From: Vicugna vicugna
Taxonomy: Eukaryota
Length of the DNA: 64,000 nucleotides
Assembly (NCBI GenBank): GCA_013265495.1
Contig: MU057880.1
Location: 1 to 64,000 of the forward strand
Direction: 5' to 3'
The stretch's first letter is position 1, and each line of letters opens with the position of its first letter. Under the pieces are notes generated by a model that saw only the letters and a program-made list of their open reading frames with translations, made no database searches and had not been told where the DNA came from. This document shows positions 1 through 11,865 of the stretch, one piece after another. The position numbers were made by a program, and so were the translations under genes.

Positions 1-19
1 CACACACACACACACACAC
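1..19. repeat. (CA)n microsatellite, truncated by the window edge
   Basis: Direct: cacacaca... at the window start. Confidence 0.95.
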
Positions 20-761
20 AAGGACATTGTTAAGACCATACTCTCTTGATCTAGAAAGAATAGCTCAAAGACTGCTGGAAATTGAACCATTCATTCCGTA
101 TATATAAAGTGTCTAGTATTTCTCGCATTTAGACTACATCAATGAACAGAACTGATAAAAGCTCCCTGCCTCTTGTAGTTTATGTCATTTACCTGGTCAA
201 CTGTCTTTCCCATCTTCAATATTATTTCAAACCTTCACTTCCTAAAACTTCTGCATTCACCACCTCAGGAGGTGTTCTAGGTCCCCACTCTACAGAGGAA
301 CTACAAGCCATTAGATGGGAAATTTTCATCCCCAAATGCATACATCCCACTTCTCCTTTAACTCCATGGTAACCCTGCCAAAAGGGGATAGTTGTCTTTA
401 CTTCCCTCATTACAGGGCATTTCCCAATATGTTTTAACTTTTGGTTTCATTTAATCATCTTCTTTGGGGAAAAGAATCATGCCTATCCCTGACAACAGTG
501 CTGACTGTCTTATCCTCAGTTTCCGGACTTAGCACCTAGCTGCCAATCAGGAAACTTTTGGGGGAAGGAATGAGCAATGAGAGGGGCACCTGGAAGAAGT
601 CAGGGATGGCATCACCCATAGTGGAGTATTTAAGCCAAGCACCCCAGGAGTCTCTTGGGAGTTTCCTAGTTCCCTGATGTGACAGTGATGTCATAAGGTC
701 CTGACAGGCTTTTCATGTAATACTCCTTCTCTCCCAAGACTCAACAAGTTAATAATAATAG

Positions 762-802
762 TCATCATCACCATCACCATCACCATCACCATCATCATCA
801 TC
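762..802. repeat. (CATCAC)/(CAT)n simple repeat
   Basis: Direct: tcatcatcaccatcaccatcaccatcaccatcatcatcatc. Confidence 0.9.
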
Positions 803-1269
803 TAGACCTCATTTACTGAGGTCCCACTACGTACTGGCAGTCTGGTCTGGGACAGTCATTTGACCCAAGTTCCAGAGCTCGTCTATTAAGAGAGATGCAC
901 TAGCGCCCTCTGATAGGATTGTTGTGGGGAATAGAATACTTTCCCTCTTGCATCTGCATTATCAGTTATTATCACCCAGTCATTCAAGCACGAGACATGG
1001 AGCCATCTTGTGCTTGTTTTTCATCCTTTTTGTAATTAGTCTACATGTCTTGCATGTGTTCTTCTGGTACGTATTTCCCAAGTCTGTCTCTATGCAGAGC
1101 CTCATCACCTTTCACCCAAGCTGCAGCACCTCTCATATCACAGTCCCTCCAGCTTTGCCTCTTTTATGACCTTTACTCTAATCACTACCTGAGAAATCTA
1201 CCAAATGCGATATTTCCATGCTTGAAACCCTTCAATAACTCTCTGGTCTACCAAATCAAGTCTGTGCTT

Positions 1270-1930
1270 CCTACCCTGGTGTATTATCTATTTATATTGA
1301 CTTCTAGTTTAATTCCATTTAGATAAGGAAGCAGACTTTGTATAACTTCAAACCTTTGAAATTTATTAACTTGTTTTATGGTCTGGAGTATTGTTTATTT
1401 TGGTGAATAGCCTATGAGCATTTCAAGAGGATGTGTCTTCTGCTGTTGTGTGAATTGTTCCATAAATGGAAATGAGGTCAAGTTGACTGATAGTGTTATA
1501 CAAGTCTCTGTATACTCACTGGTTTTCTTTCTACTTGTTTCTTCAATTACAGAGAAAGGAATGTTGAAATCTCCAAGAATAAATGCTAAGCTATCTACTT
1601 CTACTTTCAGTCCTATTTATATTTACTTCATGTACTTTATAACTCTATCATTGCGAATATATACACTAAGTACCATTATATCCTCTTGATAAGTTGACCC
1701 CTTTATTATTAGTATATGTCTTGTTCTATCCCTGACAACATTATTGTTCTGGAATAGATTTTATCTGATAATAATATAATTGTTATAACTTCCTTTTGAT
1801 TCGTTTTTACATGGCAAATATTTTTCTATCATTTTTTCTTTTAAAATATCACTGTTTTCAGTTAAAGTGAGATTCATTCAAGCAGTATATATTTGGGCTG
1901 TACCATTTAATCCAATATAACAATGCATGT
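1270..1930 (-). mobile_element. Old LINE-1 fragment (ORF2 endonuclease region)
   Basis: T-rich plus strand with antisense L1 ORF2-like text such as 'ttcaattacagagaaaggaatgttgaaatctcca' and 'tcctcttgataagttgacccctttattatt'. Confidence 0.75.
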
Positions 1931-2454
1931 CTGTTTTAAAAATTCAGCTTTACAGAGGTATAATCAATATATAAAATTATAAAATATTTGAAGTGTACAT
2001 TATGATGATTTGATATATGTGTACATTGTGAAAAAAATTCCTCCCATCTAGTTAATTAACACATCCATCACCTCCCATATTAATCTTTGTGTGTGTATGA
2101 GAACATTTAAATTCCACTCTCTTAGCTAATTTCAATTACATGGTGCAGTGTTACCAACCATAGTCATCAAGTTATACATTAGAGCCAAACATTGTATTTT
2201 TCTTATAGCTAAAATTTTGTACCCTTTAACCAATCTGTCTTTACTTTCCCCACCACCCCACACCTGGTAACCACTTTTCTTCTTTCTGTTTCTATGACCT
2301 TGAATTTTTTTTTTTGATTCCACATATGATACCATGCAGTATTCGTCATTCTCTGTCTGGTTTATTTCACTTAGCCTAATGCCTGGAGGGCATTTATTCA
2401 TTTTGTTGTAAATGACAGTATTTCTTCCTTTTTATGGTTGAATAAGTCTCCTAA

Positions 2455-2540
2455 ATATTTATATAGGAATATATATATATATATATAAAATATATAATAT
2501 ACAAATAAAATATAATATATATAAATTAAATAGTATATAC
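2455..2540. repeat. (TA)-rich low-complexity tract inside the L1
   Basis: Direct. Confidence 0.85.
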
Positions 2541-4490
2541 ACCACGTTTTCTTTATCCATTCATCTGACAATGGATAATTTGGCTTTTTCCACATCTAGT
2601 AATTGGTCTATTCATATTTTCTATTTCATCATATTCAGTCTTGGTAAGTTATATGTTTATAGGTATGTACCTATTTCTTCTGGATTGTCCACTTTCTTGG
2701 CATGTAATTATTCATAGTCTTTTATAGTCTTTTGTACTTTTGTGGTGTTGTAACAACTCCTCTTTCATTTCTTGGTGAGTCTAACTAAACATTTGTCTAT
2801 ATTGTTTATCTTTTGAAAAAACAGTTCAACTTTATTGATTTTTATCATCTTTTTAGTCTCTATTTCATTTATTTTCACTCTTATCTTCGTTATTTCTTTC
2901 CTTCTACTAATTTCATGCTTAATTTGTTCTTCTTTATCTAATTCCTTGAGTTGTAAAGTTAGGTTGTTTACTGAAGCTCTTTCTTGTTTTTAATGTAGGT
3001 CTTTATTACCATGACCTTTCCTCTTAGAACTGCTTTTTGCTTTCTTTATCTTATAAGATTTAATATGCTGTATTTCTGTTTTCACTTGTCTCAAGATTTA
3101 TTCATTTCTCTTTTGATATCTTTTTTGACCTATTGATTGTTCAAAGTGTCTATTAAGTCCATTTTGTCTAATGTGTCACTTAATCCCAGTGTTTCCTTGT
3201 TGATTTTCTGTTTTGCTTATCAATCTACTGATAGATAAGTGGGGTATTGAAGTCCCTTGCCATTATCGTATTGCTGTTCATTTCTCCTTCTAGGTCTGTA
3301 GTACTTGCTTTACATATTTAGATGCTCTTATGTTAGGTGCATAAATATTGACAAATGTTGTATTCCTTTGTTGGATTGATTCCTTTATCATTGTATAATG
3401 GCCTTCTATCTCTCCTATTACAGTCTTTATCTTAAAGTCTACCTTGTCTGATGTAATTATAGCTATTCCTCTTTCTTTCAGGTTCCACTTACATGAAATA
3501 CCTTTTTCCATCCCTTCACTTTAACCTGTGTGTGCCCTGAAAGCTGAGGTAAGTCTCTTGTAGGTAGTATATAGTTGGATCTTGTTTTTATTGTTTTTTT
3601 AATCCATTCAGCCACTCTGTCTTTTGATTGTATAATTTGGTCCATTTACATTTAAAGTAATTATTGATAGGTATGAACTTACTATTGCCATTTTGTTAAC
3701 AATTTTCTGTCTGTTTTATAATTCCTTTGTTCCTTTCTTCTTCTCTTTCTCTTGTCCTTAGTGATTTTGATAATTTTCTATAGTGGTATGCTTAGATTTC
3801 TTTCTTTTTCTCTTTTGTGTATCTGCTGTAAGTTTTTACTTTGTGGTTTCTATGAAGCTTATATAAGAGTCCTCTATTTATAACAGTCTATTTTAAATTG
3901 GTAACAACTTAAGCTTGAATTAATTCTAAAAGTCTACATTTTACACTTCCCCCAACATCTTATGCTTTTGACATCACAGTTTAAATCTTTTCATGTTATG
4001 TAGCTGTTAAATTAGTATGCTTTTTATATTCTGTCTTTTAACTTTCATACTTGATTTATGTGATACATACCACAATGACAATATCAGATTATTCTGAATT
4101 TAACTATATATTTACCTTAACTAGTGAGATTTACAGTATCATATGTTTTCCTCTTACTGATTATCATCTTTTCATTTCAGCTTGAAGAAGTCTTTTTAAT
4201 ATTTCTTTTGTAAGGCCAATCTAGTGGTGATGAACTCTTTTAGCTTTTGCTTGTCTAGAAAACTCTCTAACTCTCTTTTAATTCTGAAGGACAGCTTTGC
4301 CAGATAGATCATTCTTTGTTGGCAGATCTTTTCTTTTTAACACTTTGACTATATCATGCTATTCCCTTTGACCTGCATAGTTACTGCTGAGAAATCTGCT
4401 AAAAGTCTTTTGGGGTTTCCTTATACTAACAACTTGATTTTTTCTTGCTGATTTTAAGATGCTCTCCTTGTCTTTAACATTTGACAGTTT

Positions 4491-4782
4491 TTGTTTTTGT
4501 TTTTTTTTTACATTTTTTATTGATTCATAATCATTTTACAGTGTTGTGTCAAGTTCCAGTGTTCAGCACAATTTTTCAGTCATTCATGGACATATACACA
4601 CTCATTGTCACATTTTTTTCTCTGTGATTTATCATAACATTTTGTGTATATTTCCCTGTGCTATACAGTGTAATCTTGTTTATCTATTCTACAATTTTGA
4701 AATCCCAGTCTATCCCTTCCCCCCTTCTACCCCCCCCCCCCCGTAACCACAAGTCTGTATTCTCTGTCCATGAGTCTATTTC
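4491..4782 (-). mobile_element. Younger 5'-truncated L1 3' end nested in the older L1
   Basis: Poly-T tract at 4491-4509. A 10-bp TSD TTGACAGTTT lies at 4481-4490 and 4783-4792. The sequence is related to the other young L1 3' ends in this window. Confidence 0.9.
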
Positions 4783-5809
4783 TTGACAGTTTAATTATAG
4801 TGTGTCTTGGTGTGGATCTCATTGGTTTCATCTCATTTGGAACTGATGGACTTTCTGGATCTGGGTATGTCTTTCTCCATTTTAGGGAAGTTTTCAGCCA
4901 TTATGTCTTTGAATAAGCTTCTGTCACTTTCTCTCTCTTCTTCTTCGGGGATTCATATAATGTGAACATTGGTCCTCTTGATTGTTTCCCACTAGTATGT
5001 CAAGCAGTCTTTAGTCTTTTTCATTCTTTTTCTTTTTGCTCCTCTTATGGATGAATTCCACTGCCATGTCTTTGAGTTCACTGATCTTTTCTCCCATTTT
5101 ATTTAGTCTCCTGTTTAACCCCTCTATTGAATTTTTCAATTCAGTTATTTTATTTTTCAGCTCTGAGATCTATTTTTGGTACTTTCTTATAATTTTTAAT
5201 CTCCTGGTTGAAATTTTAACCTTGTTTATGCATTGTTCTCCTGATCTTGGTAAACATCTTTATGACCATAATTTTGAACTCTCTACTCAGTAAATCACTT
5301 ACCTCTGTTTCTTCAAGGCTTGTTTCTGGAGTTTTGTTCTTTTCTTTAGAACATATGCCTCTATTTCATTTCTGTGGCTCTCTGAATTGTTTTGTGTGCA
5401 TTAGATAAAACAGTGACCTCTCCCAGTCTTGACAGACTGCTGTTCTCATGTAGGAGGCAAGCCTTACCTCCAGCCCAGTCAAGCACTTCATTGTTTCGCA
5501 AATCTTTGTTATTGTCCAAGCTGCCTTTTTTGTTCTTAATGTCTCCCAGTAGTTGAGGATATGCTAAGACTTATTTCAATTGTTGGTATTTTCTTGTTTG
5601 CCCCATTTGTAGGTTTCACACAGCTAATTTCTGGAATTGCTCCATGTGTAGCTCTGTACACGGTGTGTCCGTGAGTGGAGGTGCATTCAGAGCTCTCTGT
5701 CTTGCTATCTTGGACTGGCACTTTCCTCTTTCAAAATTCTTTATAGTCTAAGGACTTTATTTGTCTTTCACCATCTGGCTTGTCTCGCCTAGCATAATGC
5801 CCTTATAAA

Positions 5810-6065
5810 TGAGCAGTCTCGCTTCTGAGCATATAACCAAAGGATATAAAAATGATATTGAAAAGATATGCATTCCCATGTGTATTCCATCATTATTCAC
5901 AGTAGCTGAGATATGAAAATAATCTAAGTGTCCATTACTGGATGAATGGATTAAGAAATTTTATATGTATATGCACAATAGAATATTATTCAGCCATGAG
6001 AAAAAGATGAAATCCTGCTATTTGCTGCAACAATGTGGGTGCATCTTGAAGACATTATACTAGGC
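5810..6065 (+). mobile_element. L1 ORF2 3'-end fragment
   Basis: 'cattattcacagtagctgagatatgaaaataatctaagtgtcca...gatgaatggattaagaaa' matches the L1 ORF2 terminus. Confidence 0.8.
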
Positions 6066-8038
6066 AGTGATTCATTAGGTGTAGCTAGGTCCCTTAATTG
6101 TTGCCATGTAATACTTTATTTAACTTTTTAAAATCTCTATATTTTTTGAGTGCAGGATATGTATTACATATTGTACTAGACTCTTGACAGTGACAACAAT
6201 GAAAAAAAACTTCTTTGCCTAAAAATAATAAGGCGCATATAGAATAATGACAAAAAGAAAAAAGCTGTCCAGGCAAATTATTTGCAAAAGCAAGAGAAGA
6301 ATAACTAGAATTATTGCTAAGAGTATATACATTCCATCCATATTCTGTAGCTTTATAAGTGTATATTTTCAATGATGGATTATTCTATTATGACTATTAT
6401 CAAAAGTAATAGTGTAAAACACACCGATATCTAAAACCAAAATATTTTTCTTTGGCATCCCATTTTAGTCAATAATATGTATATGAATAAGTATTAACTT
6501 TTCGCCATATGCATTAACAAAAGGAAATAAAATATTAATGCACTCTTTGTAGCATGATTTATTTTATCTGTATTTGGGACCATCATCTCTAACTTCCTTA
6601 TTTTTATAAGAAAAATTCAAATGAATAATAAAATGAAACTCCACTACTATTCTTTTAAGGGTTACAAAATTATTCACTTATAGCATGAACATTTCTCTCT
6701 CCAATAAAGAACTGGAGCTCTAACTTCATTACTGAAATGGAACTTTCTTTTTCCAACTGGCAGGGAAGATACATTGTAGGAAAACAATGGAGACTGTTTC
6801 TGTTCTTGCTGTTGCCATTTGACAGTAATGAGAATGAATATTAAATTGCAAATGTGGTATAAATATTAGATGGGAAATAGTGATGTTACCATAATTCAAA
6901 TTATCTTTCATTATTTTCAGCTCACTAATTTTTTATAGTCCTTGCTTGAAATAGCATTATGCAATCTACAATATACACTAATTGAAACTGTGTCAGCAGT
7001 TAGCATTCTATTAACTAGTCTAACTTTCAGGGGTTTAATTTTAGCTACCACAATCCTTTTGTATCAATGCTTTTCCTATGAGTTCTTAATTGTGTATGCA
7101 GTGTGGTTGATGAGTTCTATTATTCTTATTTGGGGATGGCATAGAGCAGACAAAAGAGGAAGATTGTGCTTTTTGATATTTGTTTATTTTCCGTTAGCAG
7201 TATTTGACCTCATTGCGTTAGTCTGCAGTGAGTTGATGCTAAGGATGAGAAGTTATCTTACCACAGTTTAAAATTTAATTATTTGACTTTCTTGGTAACT
7301 ATTTAATTCTCAGTGTCCCTGAATTTACTATAAATCTCAATATAAGGTTAGGCTAAGCTTGCCTTCCATAAATCTCTGCTTTTCTTGCTTTCTTTTCTGT
7401 ATTTGCTTTAAGAATGAAAATTAAATGCCGATCAATTTAATGTTATTCAGTGAGATACCCAGTTACCTAACTAGCAAATTAAAGACAAAAATACTTTTAA
7501 GATCACTCAAAGCAGATGTGTTTCTTTGGGAAAACATCCTTTCCCAGAGCTTTTTTTTTTTAATTTGTACCAAGAAATAGTTCATTTATTTAAAATGTAA
7601 ATCACAATATTGATAAAGTTCGCTCTAGCATGTCACACTACAAAGTAAAAAAAAAAATAAAAGAATGCTCTATACAAAATAATAGCACATGTTATTTTCC
7701 AATCTTCACAAAGTGTGGGAGAGTCCAGCCTATTCCATAATCAAAATGTCAGCCCTTTTCGAATGATTGACAAACCCTACTTCTGGTCAGGACATATTTT
7801 AGGATTCACAAATTAATAATTTCATTATTCTGCATCTGACCAATGTTACCTGTGATTATACCAAGACCCAATTTCTAGTTATTATGCCTCCTTATTCTTA
7901 CCCCACGCCTCCATCCTTACAGATATTAACTCTACAGGTGTTATTTAGATTGTTGCTTTTTTCCAATCAGATCCTTAGTTTATTTTCTAAATCTGTTCTT
8001 TCTTCTGTTTATCAAATCAGTCATTCTTTTTGTCCCTT

Positions 8039-11000
8039 TTATTTTACATGTTCATAACAGTTTTTTAATTGGATAACTCCCATTTTATGGAAAATTACCC
8101 ACGGAGTACACATGAAGAAGTCAGTTGTCCCTCTGGGAAGTTCCTTTGAGTAACCAAAGGTAGCTTCATTTTGAAGAGATCTTTATGGTCATTGTAAGTT
8201 ACATGATCTACTGGAGTCATCTCTTTAGTCACTTGAATGTCTCTTATGATCGCTCCTAATATACAGGTTACTGTATTTTGGGGAAGAAGGCAAGTTAATA
8301 CCTGACTCCCAGATAGCAAGTATGTCCCAGGGTTGTACATGTTGCCCTTGGAAAGAAGCTACTGTTAAATTCTTGGGAGCCCTCAAGAAAGGTCTATAGC
8401 AGTCACTGAATTCAGGTTGAAATTGCTTCCAAGGTAGCCTTAGGGTTCCTAGTTCAGTTACGTAATCAATTCTAGTTTTTGTGTTTGGAGGGACTGTTTG
8501 AGGGAAGGGAGCGGGGAAGACATCCAAAAGTGTTAATGAATGTTTGCATGGAAAGTGGAGGAACGTCATCATCAATTATTCCTAGTAGACTTCTTGGTAA
8601 GGTTAATGGGAATAGTCAGAACAGTTTGACTGGGATAAGAAAGGGATTTGGCAGACTCAACAGTGAGTTAAATTTATAGTGCTTGCAACAGTTGAAGAAA
8701 ACGGCCCCAAGGTATTTTCTTTCATGAGGAAGCCTCCAGGGGTGATTCTGGAAGAGACTGTTAAGGTCATTCTTTCCTCACCTGTACTTTTGAGCGTCTG
8801 AGATCTTTCCTCCCCAGACACCAACATCATGATTATCTCTCCACTGTGACAAAATTCACGTGTGCTCTTCTGGTAGTTATAAACTCAACTTTTCCCCAAT
8901 CATCTCTTACTCAAACCCAGATTTTTTCATTAAATATCAGCTTTAAGGAAGATGATCATGTTTAGAAAGCATACAGAAACCCATTATGTCCCACACTTTG
9001 GCTCATATGTTCCACTACAGAGGGAACTGGCAAGTAATATATTCAACCAAATGGTCAGTACATATGTGACCATATGATATGTGACCATGCCAATCTAACA
9101 AGAGAATCTTGGTGGCTGAGTAAGAATCCAGCTTGAATTCATTAGACTCTCTTGTGACCAGGCTTCAACCCAGAGAGTTGAAGCTACCTTAGGGCTGCTG
9201 TTAGGGGAATAAAAGCAGGACCATATCCAGAGATGGTTACAACAAATTACCCAACTCTCAGAATAGGTCTATATAACCCCACCCCTTTCATTTTGATCAT
9301 TGCTAGGACATAGCTGAGAGGAGGTAATTTCTTTCTGGAGAATAGTCACATTGAGTGACCAAATGGCCTTATTAAAGAGGAAGTAGAGTTAGAAATCTTT
9401 TAAAGTTAATTTTTAAGGAGGCTATTCCAACAATTAACAGTATCAGACGATAAGGTGTATTCAAAGTCCATTGAATACTTTGGTTATCCTTTTCCAGATT
9501 GCAAATGGTCCAGAAATCTGAAAAGATAACGCAGATTAGTTTTAAGGGCCATAGTGGTGTGAGAGTCAGCTGGATCAGACTAGAAGCACTGTAGGCTAGA
9601 AAATAACCATCAAAATAGTGTAGAGGAACCACGGATAGCCAAGAGGGAAGTCAAAGATCCATGTAGTCAAACTGTCAAAAATGGGTAGAAGCAGTGCCCT
9701 GTGCCATATGGCCTCCTTCAATTAGAGACAAACAGGTCAATTTTGGCAAGAGTCACAGGTATGCATCCAATGGTAGCCTCTGCATCAGGAACATGGAGTG
9801 TTTCACGTGCCCATTCTATCATGGTAGATGTACTGCCATGCCCAGCATGGATCTAAGCAGCATCAATGGCAATCTGGCTGGTGCAGGCTCAATCAGCAAG
9901 TTGACTTCAGGCAGTTTCATGAGGAGACTACTCTTACCATGGGCATTTGCATGAGTAATCCAGTTAGTCAGCAATCATTATGCACTTCCTCACTACATGG
10001 CCCCCAAATGGGTGTCTTTTATTTACTAGTCTGCAGTTTTCCAAAAGCAGACCAAACAGCAAGGGTCACTAAAAATATAGCAACGTTTAATTAAGGGGAA
10101 CATTAGCCAGAACTATGAGAATAACTCTCACTACCACCCGCTAAGTGGAGTAACCATGACCATTTTTGATTTTGCAGTTGGTACTATTGTTGAATACCGC
10201 CCAATCCAAAGGACGCCATCAACTTCCAGCTTAGCTAAGCCATCGGTGAGTCAGGCCTGGACATTCGGTGGAACCTCTGTGAGTCTGAGACAGCAGAAAG
10301 CAAAGTGGGGGGTAAAGATTCCCCTGAAGGGATAGCTGCCACTTTTTATGTAAAGCTGAGCTCTGTCTAGGGCCAGACCAGTTGAATTCTGGAATATCGC
10401 ATTGCCATTTGACAAACAAAGCTTTTTAGACTCCTCCCACCTTGTTAGTAATTGAGTCAACCTTCAAAAATTGGATTATCAGATCAGAGTTTTAAGGTTT
10501 TCATGGATCAGGCATTCAGTTTCAATAAGAGCTTAGAAGCAAGATAATAGCCAAGCTCTGTCAGAGAGGCAACAAGTCCAAAACTCCAAGAGGCGTCTCT
10601 AGATGAAGGTGCCTTTCCTTTGCCAACCTCCAACTAGAAAAATAGAATTTTCAGTTAGAAAACTCATCAATCTCAGAAACTTGCCACTCAAAGTAATGAT
10701 TCGAGCTGTCGAGCCCCAAGGGTATGACCGCTTTGGTACATCCAGTTCTTCCCACTTGAAAGAATCCCCTTTAGCACTTACGGGACAGGGAAATACAAGC
10801 ATGTAACACTTCAAACCCTACTGTGTATTCATATGTAGGCCCAATAACAGTATCCTGAATCAACCCAAAGAAGTCGACTCACAAATTCACATCACCTTCC
10901 TGCCTCACTTTTCCCCCTTTCCTTCCTGCCCAAATCCCATCAGTTGAACCTAGGCACTCCTTCCTTTCATTGAACTGGAGAGGACAGTGACTTGATTGTT

Positions 11001-11160
11001 AATGTTCTGTATAATAGAGGAATAACAGTTTGAATACCCACCCATCCCTGAAATGCCCTAGTATACTCAAAGAAGTGCAGATGGCCTTCATCTTCCCTTG
11101 GAGCTAGGGAGATGTCCGGTGGTTAAAGGTGATTAATTAAGGGTGATCAACCACCCGTAA
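8039..11160 (-). pseudogene. Candidate endogenous viral element: degraded C-terminal half of a Mononegavirales-like L protein (capping-domain end, connector, cap MTase, CTD)
   Basis: Hand translation of the minus strand gives, in order: EYTVGFEVL (10830-10804), GCTKAVIPLGLDS (~10743-10705), SYP (in ORF 10251-10460), IRPFG (RPFG 9369-9358), GNLL (9251-9240), FNSL (9182-9171), GHICTDHLVEYI, IIFLK (~8956-8942), WGKVEFI (8898-8878), SGEIIMML (from 8845) and VIFHKMG (8098-8078), with a stop at 8041-8039. Order and spacing parallel VSV/paramyxovirus/filovirus L as I recall them. Many stops and frameshifts. No database search was run. Confidence 0.65.
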
Positions 11161-11169
11161 TCATCTTTC

Positions 11170-11370
11170 TCCTAGCAGCTGATGTCAAATTAGAGGGATG
11201 ACTTGGAGGTGAGAAATGGAAACAGCATTTTTGAGAACACTTTCCAACTGCCTGAGTGTAAAGGGGAGAGAGACAGTTGAGGCAACTGGATAAGTATGGT
11301 GCCAAAATGTGTTTATTTGTTTAAGATGGAAAGAACATTAATATGTGTAGAAGATAATGCAAAGATATTT
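11170..11370. mobile_element. L2 fragment
   Basis: 'ggaggtgagaaatggaaacagc...aaggggagagagacag...gtttatttgtttaagatgga' resembles the L2 consensus. Confidence 0.55.
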
Positions 11371-11769
11371 AGCAATATAAGATTTATTCCACTATTGTAT
11401 AATGGTACACTGGGGATTCTGGCATAGAGTAGGTTCTAGATTTAAAGAACAAATAAATAAATAACAAATAAGTAAATTATCTCACATGCATTATCTATTA
11501 TATGATATGAAAAAAATTTGTAGTTCCCTAGAATTCGATTTGTACTTCCACTTATTTTAAAGTAGAAAGCTGCAACATGATTTTGACTAACTTAGCAGCT
11601 GCTTTAAAGCACAATTTAAGCATGAATTTACATCTAGATATTCCTTCACTAGAGCAACAGATTAAAAAATAAAGTAAAAGACCTGAACAGCATGAAAAAC
11701 CACTTAGATGACCTACAGATAGTTCATGAAAGTTCTTAAATAAATTTCTTCCCTAACCAAACCCCTGTC

Positions 11770-11865
11770 AAAAAAAAAAAAAGAGAGAGAGAGAGAGAGG
11801 AATAATGGAAGGAGGGAAGGAAGGAGGGAGAAAAAGAAGGGAGGGAAGAAAGAGAAAAAAGGAAC
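11770..11865. repeat. A/(GA)/(GGAA) purine-rich low-complexity tract
   Basis: Direct. Confidence 0.85.

Larger units (their letters stand above)
1935..5720 (-). mobile_element. Degraded LINE-1 (L1MA-like): 3' end, then 5' part of ORF2 and ORF1, with a large internal deletion near 2595
   Basis: ORF 3290-3511(-) reads IAIITSDKVDFKIKTVIGEIEGHYTMIKESIQQRNTTFVNIYAPN, the L1 ORF2 endonuclease. ORFs 2132-2595(-) resemble the ORF2 C-terminus and 3' UTR (WKKPNYPLSDEWIKK; IRLSEINQTE). ORF1-like antisense sequence lies at 4150-5300. Confidence 0.9.

Noticed and set aside
8095..8575. ORF-track ORFs 8095-8340 and 8225-8575 (also 9372-9632, 10251-10460, 10599-10814) as independent genes
   Set aside because: They are short, lack splice or promoter support, and are better explained as partly in-frame pieces of the decayed L-like sequence.
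8039..11160. Bornavirus N/M/G or filovirus NP origin for the viral-like block
   Set aside because: I saw no resemblance to those proteins as I recall them. The recognisable motifs are L C-terminal, and no GDNQ polymerase motif was seen, consistent with 5' truncation.
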